Positions 17,022-25,097 of a DNA stretch of 50,193 nucleotides are shown one piece after another (positions within the stretch are counted from its first letter, which is position 1; each line of letters opens with the position of its first letter). A program made the translations under genes and the position numbers. The stretch covers positions 1 through 50,193 of IMG/VR virus record IMGVR_UViG_3300037439_000206; one strand, written 5' to 3'. Below the pieces are notes generated by a model. The model was not told where the DNA came from. It saw only the letters and a program-made list of their open reading frames with translations, and searched no databases. This stretch comes from a virus. Lineage: Duplodnaviria > Caudoviricetes.

Positions 17022-17245
17022 CTCAGACCTTGCCCCATCCGTCGCTCGGGTTGCCGCCGTGGAGGTCGTCGATCATCTTGTCGTCGGCGAGGATGTCCTC
17101 GATCGAGTCCGGGTCCTTGCTCATGTGCGCGTCCTCTCGTTGTCGGTCGTGCGGGAGTTGGTCGCGGCCAGGTGCGGGGTCGGTCGGCACTCGCACCCGG
17201 CCGAGGTCTTCGTTACCGCCGTTGCCATCCGTGCTTGTCCCCTGT

Positions 17246-17274
17246 AGGCTACACACGACACGACAGGGTGTCAA
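17246..17274 (-). promoter_or_regulatory. Near-consensus promoter TTGACA-N17-TAGCCT
   Basis: Exact TTGACA, 17-nt spacer, TAnnnT -10 box. Confidence 0.85.
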
Positions 17275-17290
17275 CGAGAGGACTGAGACC

Positions 17291-17852
17291 ATGGACGAGA
17301 CCTACGACTGGGAGCCGGCAATGGCCGAACTGCGCACACGGATCCTGCGGTACGAGGCGATGGAGGGCCGCGCCCGACAGCTGGCCGTCACGCCCACCCT
17401 GGGCGGCGCGGCGATGACGCAGGCGGCGGCCGGCCGGTACGTGCTCGGTCTGTCCGCGATGCCGGTGCAGGTGACGTCGTGATCCGGACGGTCGCGAGCA
17501 TCGTCGCGCAGCTGCGCGACGGCTACGGAAGTGCCGACGGTCGCACGGCCGCCGACCTGATCGAGCGGCTGGCCGACGAGCGCGACCAGGCCCTGATCCG
17601 CGCCGAGGCGGCCGAGGCCGAGCTCGAGGCCTACCGCAGGGCCGAACGGAAGGTGTCGTGAACCCCTGCGGCGCGGCACTGGACCGCTGCCAGTGCGTCG
17701 GCCCCGTGCCCCGCACGGCGGCCGAGGTCACGGCGGCGCACCGGGCGTCCGTCGCCCGAGCGCGGCGGTCCGGGTTCGCCGCCCAGCCGATCCCCGGGTG
17801 GGCGGTCGCGGTTCTACTGCCCGATGCCTGGACCGAGGAGAAGGTGGCATAG
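17291..17852 (+). CDS. Three small coupled hypothetical genes (17291-17482, 17479-17661, 17658-17852) oriented against the early arm
   Basis: GAGAGGAC RBS at the first ATG, GTGA overlaps, terminator downstream. Confidence 0.65.
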
Positions 17853-17866
17853 CCCGCACATGACGA

Positions 17867-17897
17867 AGGGCCCCGTACCGGATCGGTACGGGGCCCT
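17867..17897. terminator. Bidirectional terminator
   Basis: 14-bp stem AGGGCCCCGTACCG/CGGTACGGGGCCCT between convergent genes. Confidence 0.85.
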
Positions 17898-17921
17898 CTT
17901 CGTGCGCGTTGCCAGCCGGGC

Positions 17922-18086
17922 TCAGACTACCGTGTCGTACTTCCCGGCCTTCACCTCGTCCAGGAACACCGACCACTCGTCCGCCTCGATCCAGGCGATC
18001 TCGTCCGGGCGCCGGGTGCTCCACACCTTCACCTGGCGGTCCTGCGGCCAGACCGCGACACAGTAGCCTCCGCTGCACTCGTTCAT
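17922..18086 (-). CDS. DUF397-like small protein, 54 aa
   Basis: Translated by hand: MNECSGGYCVAV...VKVWSTRRP...EWSVFLDEVKAGKYD. Confidence 0.75.
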   Translation of the reverse strand: MNECSGGYCVAVWPQDRQVKVWSTRRPDEIAWIEADEWSVFLDEVKAGKYDTVV

Positions 18087-18526
18087 GATCCTGTCCTCTC
18101 GTCGTCCATCCCGATCAGCACGCGTTGTGCGGGCGGGTCCTGCAGGTAGGCGATCGCCCGGCGCAGCGCGTCGACGCCGTACCGGCCGATCACCACGTGG
18201 TTACACGTTGAGCAGAGCAGCCCGCGCACCGACTCCGCGCCGGTCAGCCGGTGGTCGTGGTCGACGGCCAGGCGGCGGGTCTCGCCGGTGGCGCGCCGGC
18301 AGATGTAGCACCGGCCGCCCTGGGCGGCGTACATCGCCGCGTAGAAGCCGGGCGAGACGCCGTAGGTGCTCACGACGTAGGTGTCGTGCCGGGCTGCCCG
18401 GGCGAGCTTGCGAGCCGCGCGCTTGTGGGTGGCACACCGGGGCTTGCGCGGGGCGCCGTCGGTCGGGCGCGGCTTGGCCGGGCGCTCATCGGCCGGCAGC
18501 GCGGCGCAGTCGACGCAGGTCTTCAC
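18083..18526 (-). CDS. Endonuclease VII-type Holliday junction resolvase
   Basis: QGGRCYIC, LAVDHDH and VRGLLCSTCN motifs. Confidence 0.9.
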   Translation of the reverse strand: MKTCVDCAALPADERPAKPRPTDGAPRKPRCATHKRAARKLARAARHDTYVVSTYGVSPGFYAAMYAAQGGRCYICRRATGETRRLAVDHDHRLTGAESVRGLLCSTCNHVVIGRYGVDALRRAIAYLQDPPAQRVLIGMDDERTGS

Positions 18527-18846
18527 GCGATCCCCTCCTCGTCGATGAGCGCGACCAGGCCGCGCCCGTGCTCGGTCAGCCACCACCGGCGGTGCCAGAG
18601 GTGGTCGTCGCCGGTGGCCGTGACCAGCTCCAGCGCGACCAGCCGGGCCAGGGTCTGGCGCTGCACCCGGTTGGTCTTGCGCCCGATCTCTCGGCCGATC
18701 TCGACGGCAGTGGCGCCGGGCACGGCGGCGAGCAGCCGCAGCGTGGTCAGGCAGTTCGGGCTGTAGTGCGCGCCGATCGGCTGGTCGGCCTGGGCCAGCG
18801 CGTCGTACCCGCGCCAGACCTGCGGCGGGCGGGTCACGGTGGTCAT
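18523..18846 (-). CDS. Winged-helix (MarR-like) protein
   Basis: TAVEIGREIG...LARLVALELV...LTEHGR. Confidence 0.7.
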   Translation of the reverse strand: MTTVTRPPQVWRGYDALAQADQPIGAHYSPNCLTTLRLLAAVPGATAVEIGREIGRKTNRVQRQTLARLVALELVTATGDDHLWHRRWWLTEHGRGLVALIDEEGIA

Positions 18847-20204
18847 GCTGCTGTCCTCTCGATTTCGGCTCGGCGGTCCCTGGCCGCCGAGGTGTGCCCT
18901 TCGGTCCAGGTCTCCTTGTGCTCGCGCCAGAGCGCGAGCAGCGCCTCGTACGTGTCCGCCTCTGTGATCAAGGTGAGCACGAGGTCAACTCGTTGTGTCG
19001 CCTGTAGGCCACATGTTACATTGTCCTCATGGCCGAGACGATCCGCTTCCGCACCCACGCCGAGCTCAAGGCCACTGGCCTGCCCGACTGCAGGTGCGGG
19101 CACCCCGCTTCGATTCACGGACTGCTCGCCCAGCATGTCGGCGGGTCCGGCTGCTTCCGTACCTCGTGGAAGGACGGCAGATTGGATCGCATGCGCGTCT
19201 TCGCCGGTGCGTGCCCGTGCGACACGTACCGGCCGACCGGCAGGGCGTGACGCGCGCTCGCGCTGCTTCGGGTCGTTCACCCGCCACTGCGCCAGGCGGC
19301 AGTAGTCGGCGGACAGGTCCACGCTGACTCCGTGCCGGCCGAGCATCGTGGCAACCAGGGCAGTGGTGCCTGTGCCCCCAAATGGATCGAGAACCGTGCC
19401 GCCGCTCGGGGACCAGCCCAGGATCAGCCTGCGCGGCCACTCCATCGGGAACGCCGCGAAGTGGTCGATGCCCAGCTCGGCGGGCACGCGCAGGGGCTGA
19501 GTGGCGATCTCCCACACGCTGCCGGGCAACTTCCCGAGCGAGTCGGGCTGCCGAACGTATTCCTCGCGGATCGAGTCGACCGCCGCGAAATACTTGGGCG
19601 ACTTCGTCAGGTGTACCCAGTCCTCGTGCGAGCGGCGCACCCGATCCGTCACGCTTTCCGGCATGCCGTTCGGCTTCTGCCAGATCACGACGGCGCGGGC
19701 GATCAGGCCGAGTTCGTCGACGCACGCGATCCGGTACCGCTCGGGCAGCAGTAGGAGGGACTTGGGCGGCACCCCGTACTGCGGATCACGGCGCGCAGCC
19801 TGCGAGGTGGCGTAGGTGGCCGCCTGCGCGCGGTCTGCGCGCTGGCCGGTCTTGCCCTGCGGCCCGAACTGTCCGGGGCGCTGGCTGTACTTGTCGCCGA
19901 GGTTCAGGAAGATGCTGCCGCTCGGCTTGAGTACGCGCACCATCTCGCGGGTGCAGCCGACCAGCGCGGCGATGAACTCGGCGGGGGTGGGCTCGGCCCC
20001 GATCTGCCCGTCGTAGTGCTCACCGCCGTCGGTGTACGACCTGAGGCCGAAGTACGGCGGGCTAGTGACGATGAGGTCGACGGATTCGTCGGGGAGCGGG
20101 AGCCTGCGGGCGTCGCCACGCAGGACCACCGGCATCGGTCCCTGAAAGGACATCGCCCCCGTACCTCCTTTCCTGACAGTCACTCGGGGAGCGTCCTTGC
20201 TCAT
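18843..20204 (-). CDS. DNA N4-cytosine/N6-adenine methyltransferase (beta class) with a C-terminal extension; start may be 20153
   Basis: LIVTSPPY catalytic motif precedes the VLDPFGGTGT SAM motif; HFAAFP. Confidence 0.9.
   Translation of the reverse strand: MSKDAPRVTVRKGGTGAMSFQGPMPVVLRGDARRLPLPDESVDLIVTSPPYFGLRSYTDGGEHYDGQIGAEPTPAEFIAALVGCTREMVRVLKPSGSIFLNLGDKYSQRPGQFGPQGKTGQRADRAQAATYATSQAARRDPQYGVPPKSLLLLPERYRIACVDELGLIARAVVIWQKPNGMPESVTDRVRRSHEDWVHLTKSPKYFAAVDSIREEYVRQPDSLGKLPGSVWEIATQPLRVPAELGIDHFAAFPMEWPRRLILGWSPSGGTVLDPFGGTGTTALVATMLGRHGVSVDLSADYCRLAQWRVNDPKQRERASRPAGRPVRVARARTGEDAHAIQSAVLPRGTEAAGPADMLGEQSVNRSGVPAPAVGQASGLELGVGAEADRLGHEDNVTCGLQATQRVDLVLTLITEADTYEALLALWREHKETWTEGHTSAARDRRAEIERTAA
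19029..19250 (+). CDS. Small zinc-finger-like protein nested antisense within the methyltransferase ORF
   Basis: CRCGH...H...C...CPC pattern; TACATT -10 box at 19017-19022 ends 6 nt before the ATG (leaderless). Confidence 0.65.
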   Translation: MAETIRFRTHAELKATGLPDCRCGHPASIHGLLAQHVGGSGCFRTSWKDGRLDRMRVFAGACPCDTYRPTGRA

Positions 20205-20578
20205 CGTGCGTCCTCTCGTGGTGGTAGTTCGAGCACGGCACGCCGGCCGAGAATGTGCGCACGGGCGGCCGGGCCGGCGGCCAGCGGCCAGAGCTCGCGC
20301 AGCTCGCCGACGAATCGGGCGGTCGCGATCGCGCGCAGCACCGGGTCTTCGGTGCGGGCGATGTCCCGTTTGAGCCGCGTGGTCGTGCGCTCGATCAGGT
20401 CGCGGAGCGCGGACTGAGAGAAGACCTCGCGCCGGGCCTCGTCGTAGTAGAGGCTCTCGGCCTCGTCCCGGTACCACGTCCGCCCGTCCGGGCCCAGGAT
20501 CGTGGCCGGGCCCGGGGGCCGGGGCTTCGGGGGCGCGTCCTCGATCGGGGCCAGGCCGCGGACGGGTCGGCGGGTCAT
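20201..20578 (-). CDS. Hypothetical protein
   Basis: ATGA overlaps on both sides. Confidence 0.7.
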   Translation of the reverse strand: MTRRPVRGLAPIEDAPPKPRPPGPATILGPDGRTWYRDEAESLYYDEARREVFSQSALRDLIERTTTRLKRDIARTEDPVLRAIATARFVGELRELWPLAAGPAARAHILGRRAVLELPPREDAR

Positions 20579-21264
20579 GCGGCACGCTCCGGCAGGGCCG
20601 CCAGGTGCGTGCGCACCTGGCGGCCGATGTGCTCCGTGTACAGGGGAGGTATCGCCTCGACGAGCTCGGCGTTCGTCATCCAGTCGATGCCCATGGCCGC
20701 ACAGCGCAGGGGGAACTCGCCGGTGTAGTTGCAGTTGCCGTGCACGCCGACTACGGACGCGAGCCCGCCGCGCTTGACGATGCGCGAGTCGAGCGACCGG
20801 AACCGCGGCGTCTGCCAGTCGTGGTCACAGGCCGGTGCGACGAGCTCGACGTTGGACTCGAACAGCCGGTGCCGGCGCACGTCCAGCCCGAACGACGAGC
20901 CGCAGTAGCGCACCGGGTCGACGAGGTGGGGCCGAGCGAACTCGACATTCTCGATCACGTACGGCAGCCCGGTCGCGATCAGGTGTTCCCGCGTCGGGGC
21001 GATGAGGTCGGGGTAGGTCGCGCCGTGGTGCTTGCGAGCCTTGCCCGATGCGGTCGTGTACGCCTGGCACGGTGGCGACGCCGCGATGACGTCGAACTCG
21101 TGGCCGTGCTTCCGGACGAACTCGAGCGCGTCGGCCTGGTGGAACTCGAACGGGTAGCGAGGCTGTGGCGCGATGTCGATGCCTACGACGTCGAACCCGG
21201 CCCGGCGGTAACCCGTGCTCGCGCCGCCTGCGCACGAGAAGAGGTCAAGCAGCCGGGGCCTCAT
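20575..21264 (-). CDS. Short DNA C5-cytosine methyltransferase
   Basis: LLDLFSCAGG, ASPPCQ, VIENV, RRHRLF and EAIPP motifs. Confidence 0.9.
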   Translation of the reverse strand: MRPRLLDLFSCAGGASTGYRRAGFDVVGIDIAPQPRYPFEFHQADALEFVRKHGHEFDVIAASPPCQAYTTASGKARKHHGATYPDLIAPTREHLIATGLPYVIENVEFARPHLVDPVRYCGSSFGLDVRRHRLFESNVELVAPACDHDWQTPRFRSLDSRIVKRGGLASVVGVHGNCNYTGEFPLRCAAMGIDWMTNAELVEAIPPLYTEHIGRQVRTHLAALPERAA

Positions 21265-22448
21265 GCCCGCCCCAACCGCGAACCGACCGGCGTGGCAAGC
21301 CGCGCCTCGACCTCGGCGGTGTGCGCCGGCGTCCATACCTTCGCGTGCTGCGACCAGAGCTTGAGCAGCCTGTCGCGCAGGTCCGGTCCGGCGGGCATGG
21401 CCGCGATCATCGACATCAGGCCGGCCGCGGACAGCGCGCCGTCCAGCGGGATCCGCGGCGGATCGAGCGGGATGACGAGCCCCTTCAGCTTGCGACGGTC
21501 TTGCACGATCTTCGCGAGCCTGGCCAGCTCCAGCCCCTGCACGAGGTCGACCGCGTGCAGATCGGCCGTCGACCCGCCGGACGGGACGTGCATGATCAGG
21601 CCGACGTCGCGCCGGGGCGCGATCCCGTCCGGCCAGGACAGGTACTCGCCCCGGGTGATCGCGACCTTGACCTTGAGCGGGAGCCGCTGCATGTCGTCGA
21701 GAGACATCTCGCGGTCGTAGCCCAGGCGCTCCAGCTCGACCCGGTCCACCCAGCCGCGGTACGGCGTGCCGTGGCTGTAGATCAGCTCTTGCACAGCGAA
21801 CTTCAGGCCGAAGTACGTGCTCGTGCTGGAGGTCTTCAGGTCGTCGATGACGCGGTCCTCGGGCGAGATCGTCAGGTCCAGCTCCGGGACGACGAGCTCG
21901 ACCTTCGGCGACAGGAGCCGATCGAACGTGCCCGCGGCGTCCAGCTCGGGACACACCACAAAGGTCTCGATCGCGTGCACCGTGAAGTGCTGGATCATGT
22001 TCGTATACGCGGCCATGGCCGGCCGTTCGTCGTCGTCCAGGTCCGGCAGTGGTTCGCCTCGGTCGAGCTTCTCGCTGATCGCGTGCAGCGCCGTGCCGAC
22101 CTGTGCTGCCTCGTTCGAGTCCGCGTAGTCGAACGCGTCCCAGGCCACCCGGCCGAGCTCGCGCTTGTCGTCGAGCTCGGTGGTGGTCGTGATGGCCTGG
22201 GCGCGCATCCGGATGGCGCGAGAGTTGGCCACGCCCCATGCGACCTGGCGCATCCGCCACACGCCCAGGCCGGTCTGGTCCTCGAGCACGGACCCGAGCG
22301 AGGACGCGCGGGTCATCGGTCGGACGTCGCCGTCCGGGGCCTGGATGAGCGGTCGCTTGTACCCGTCGCGCAGGATCTCGCGTGGGACATCGGACGTCGG
22401 AGCCTTGGTCGGGTTCGGGGGCGAGGCCGGAGCCTTCACCAGCGCCAT
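21261..22448 (-). CDS. PD-(D/E)XK exonuclease (RecE/Cas4-like)
   Basis: GTALHA, AGTFDR, IDDLKT and QELIY motifs. Confidence 0.85.
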   Translation of the reverse strand: MALVKAPASPPNPTKAPTSDVPREILRDGYKRPLIQAPDGDVRPMTRASSLGSVLEDQTGLGVWRMRQVAWGVANSRAIRMRAQAITTTTELDDKRELGRVAWDAFDYADSNEAAQVGTALHAISEKLDRGEPLPDLDDDERPAMAAYTNMIQHFTVHAIETFVVCPELDAAGTFDRLLSPKVELVVPELDLTISPEDRVIDDLKTSSTSTYFGLKFAVQELIYSHGTPYRGWVDRVELERLGYDREMSLDDMQRLPLKVKVAITRGEYLSWPDGIAPRRDVGLIMHVPSGGSTADLHAVDLVQGLELARLAKIVQDRRKLKGLVIPLDPPRIPLDGALSAAGLMSMIAAMPAGPDLRDRLLKLWSQHAKVWTPAHTAEVEARLATPVGSRLGRA

Positions 22449-22478
22449 GGTCGTCTCCTCGTGTCAATGATCGTTGCG

Positions 22479-22545
22479 TGGACCCGCCAGGAATCGAACC
22501 TGGATCAGCCGGACTAGGGCGGCTCTTCCATTGAGCTACGGGCCC
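22479..22545 (-). ncRNA. tRNA-like RNA (67 nt) with alanine identity elements and a shortened anticodon arm
   Basis: GGGCCCG/CGGGTCC-A acceptor, TA, GCTC/GAGC D stem with GG loop, CCAGG-TTCGATT-CCTGG T arm; only 18 nt between the D and T stems. Confidence 0.85.
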
Positions 22546-22586
22546 GAGAGCCCCGAGCACAGGGAGTGTGCTCGGGGCGATCTTGC

Positions 22587-23057
22587 TCAGAACGGAGCGA
22601 CGTCCGAGTCGTTGGCCGCCGACATCGGGATGATCCCGGCCTCGATCAGATCGGGGCCCTTCCACGCGGCGTCGCCGTCCCCGTAGAAGCGCTCGATCAG
22701 CTCGTAGTCGTCGTCGTTCGGCGTCTGGGCCGCGACCCACTCGGTGGCGCCGGTCTTCTTCAGCTCCAGCCGGGCAGCCACCTCCTTGTCGCCGTTCGCC
22801 CAGGCGCGCCGGAGCGGGCCGGTCACACCGCGACCGATGCTGCGGTAGCCGCGCAGCACCTTGCCCTTGTCCGGGCCGGAGCAGACGACCATGTCCGCGG
22901 TCACCGGCTGGACCTTGCCGTTGGCCAGCTCGATCTCCTCGTGCAGCTCGACCGTCTTGAAGACGACCTTGGTCTCCTTCTTCGCGAGAGCGAGCAGGGC
23001 CCGCTTGATGTCATCGAAGTCGGTGTCGCCACCGGAAGCGGCTCGCGTCAAAGCCAT
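22587..23057 (-). CDS. Putative single-stranded DNA-binding protein
   Basis: Beta-rich core, acidic tail ending DSDVAPF, adjacent to the exonuclease. Confidence 0.65.
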   Translation of the reverse strand: MALTRAASGGDTDFDDIKRALLALAKKETKVVFKTVELHEEIELANGKVQPVTADMVVCSGPDKGKVLRGYRSIGRGVTGPLRRAWANGDKEVAARLELKKTGATEWVAAQTPNDDDYELIERFYGDGDAAWKGPDLIEAGIIPMSAANDSDVAPF

Positions 23058-23099
23058 CAGTTCTCTCCTCTGTTCGGGGTATTTCGTGGTACATGGAGG

Positions 23100-23145
23100 A
23101 TCATAGCGGTACACATGGACACGCGCAAGCTCAGGGGGGTACATT
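23100..23145. promoter_or_regulatory. Overlapping divergent promoters: leftward TTGCGC-N17-TATGAT (23128-23100) and rightward TGGACA-N18-TACATT (23116-23145, leaderless)
   Basis: Box spacing; rightward -10 is 7 nt before ATG 23153; three GGTACA repeats across the region. Confidence 0.75.
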
Positions 23146-23152
23146 GACACTC

Positions 23153-23356
23153 ATGACCACACCTTCCTCTTGCTCGACGTCGCCGCCCGGGCCGTGGCTG
23201 ACGCGGGCACAGGCCGCAGCACGGCTACAGGTCTCGCCCGCGACCATCGACCGCTACGCCCGCGAAGGACTGCTGCCTCGGCACCGAGCGCGCCCCGGCT
23301 GGCCGGCCCGCTACCACATGGACGAGGTCGACCAGGTCCAGAAGGGCAAGCCATGA
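23153..23356 (+). CDS. Excisionase/MerR-like HTH protein
   Basis: WLTRAQAAARLQVSPATIDRYAREGLL...RYHMDEV. Confidence 0.85.
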   Translation: MTTPSSCSTSPPGPWLTRAQAAARLQVSPATIDRYAREGLLPRHRARPGWPARYHMDEVDQVQKGKP

Positions 23357-24513
23357 ACCCCTCGGCCGAGATCTTCGAGACCCTGGTTCAGCTCCCGGAC
23401 CGGACCCCGGCCCAGCGCGCGGACGACGAGCGGTCGGCCGCGATCCTGCGGGACGCGGACGCGCTCCGTGGCGACGAGGAAGTGTTCACGTCCGAGGACG
23501 TGGACCTGGCCATCGCCGCCGAGCTGCGCACGCCCGCCGAGGAGTTCGCCCCGAGCGCGAAGCGGCCGCGGGCGATCCTGCTCGAGCGGGCCGAGGAACT
23601 GGAGGCGTCGTGAACGACACGACGAGCGGGCCGGCGCACGAGATCATCCACGTCGAGAGCCGTGGCGACCGGGTGCTCCTGAGCCTCGGTCCGGACCGGG
23701 GTACCGAGCTCGACATGCCGTGGCAGACCGCGCTCTGGTTCGCGCGCGAGCTGGAGAAGGCGGGGCGAGCGGCGTGGGAGGTCGCGTGCGCGGACATCGA
23801 CGAGGTGATCCCGTGACCCTCCCCCGCGGCGTGACCATGCTGCTGAACAAGGCCGGCGACGGCTGGACGCACCGCGTGCGCCGTGCCGCCGGCACGGTCG
23901 AGGCCCAGACCTACGGCGACCCGCGCGGCGACGGCACTCGGCCGAAACTCACGGTCGAGGTCCCGGCCGAGTCCATCGGCCTGCGCTTCGACCACCCCGA
24001 CGGCCGGGCGGCCGTGGCGATCTGGGCCAGGCGCGAGGACGCGACCTCGTTCGCGTTCGCCGGGGCGCAGCGTGGCCGGCACGCGGACGAGAACGTGCCG
24101 GTGACCTTGAACGCGACCGAGCTCGGGGTGTACCTGAGCGGGACGGAGGAGGAGTCGTGACGACCTGTCCGAGGTGCGGGGCGAAGCGCGACGAGCCGTG
24201 CACGTACACCGCTCCTCGCAGCCCGTACTACGCGGAGGAGCAGCTGCGAACCTGGCCGTCGATGCACGCTCAGTTCGAGCGCGTCGGCTCGCCGACCAAG
24301 CGCTGGCACGAGGAGCGTCTGCGGGTGGCCGGGCAGCAGGTCAAGCGACGCTCGGCCGCGGAGCGTCGGGAGCGAGAACTCGCCATGGCGGAACGTGCTC
24401 GTCGACGGCACCCGGCGTTCGCGATCCGGCACGCCGAGGCGGCCTGGGATCGGCAGGAACGGCAACAGCTCGTGACGTGGCTTGCGCGCTACGCCGACGT
24501 GCTGACCGGATGA
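23353..24513 (+). CDS. Four coupled hypothetical genes (23353-23613, 23610-23816, 23813-24160, 24157-24513; the last has CPRC...C...H)
   Basis: ATGA/GTGA overlaps and RBSs. Confidence 0.7.
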
Positions 24514-24566
24514 CCACGTACGCGGCCGCGATCGCGGCCCGGCTGCAGGGACGAGAGGACGAGGAC

Positions 24567-25097
24567 ATGAGCAAGGACGAGGACATCGAACGCGCAAGGG
24601 CGCTGTTCGATCGGCTCCGCGACGACTACGTGAACGTACTCCTGAGCCAGGACGCGGACGTCGGCCGGGTGGCCGAGCTGGAACGGGCACGTGAGGCCGA
24701 CCTGGCCGCGGTGACCGAACTACAGCGCAAGCTCATGGACGCCGAGCGCGAACTGGCCGCGGTGAAGGAGACGCTCTGGCAGGTCACCGCGCACCGGAAC
24801 GCGGCGGCCAACCGGGGCGAGGAGCTGGAGCAGCTCCTCGCCGTCGCCTACGTCGCCCGCGAGGTCCCGTGGACGGACGTGGCCGCGGGGATGATGACGA
24901 TCGCCCGGGACGGCACGCCGTGGATGGTCGAGACCTGGGTCGAGGGCGACTACCTCAAGCTGCGCAACGGCACGGGCACGTTCTCGAAGTACCCGAAGTC
25001 TGGCGAGACCGTGCGCGTGCTCGTGCCGTACGTGACCGACGAGCAGGCCGAGGGCCTGGTCGCGTCCGAGCTCGGCGGACGAGAGGTGGGGTCGTGA
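24567..25097 (+). CDS. Coiled-coil protein ending EVGS (start 24510 also possible)
   Basis: GAGAGGACGAGGAC RBS; ends in a junction repeat. Confidence 0.7.
   Translation: MSKDEDIERARALFDRLRDDYVNVLLSQDADVGRVAELERAREADLAAVTELQRKLMDAERELAAVKETLWQVTAHRNAAANRGEELEQLLAVAYVAREVPWTDVAAGMMTIARDGTPWMVETWVEGDYLKLRNGTGTFSKYPKSGETVRVLVPYVTDEQAEGLVASELGGREVGS

Noticed and set aside
11501-22478. 12-bp repeat ATGATCGTTGCG upstream of TerS-2 and next to the tRNA-like RNA
   Set aside because: Many 12-bp matches are expected by chance in 50 kb.
22479-22545. Amber suppressor tRNA (CTA in loop) or attP site
   Set aside because: Centring CTA needs an 8-nt loop, loses U33 and breaks the D stem. No integrase was found, and the 5' half of the tRNA is also present.
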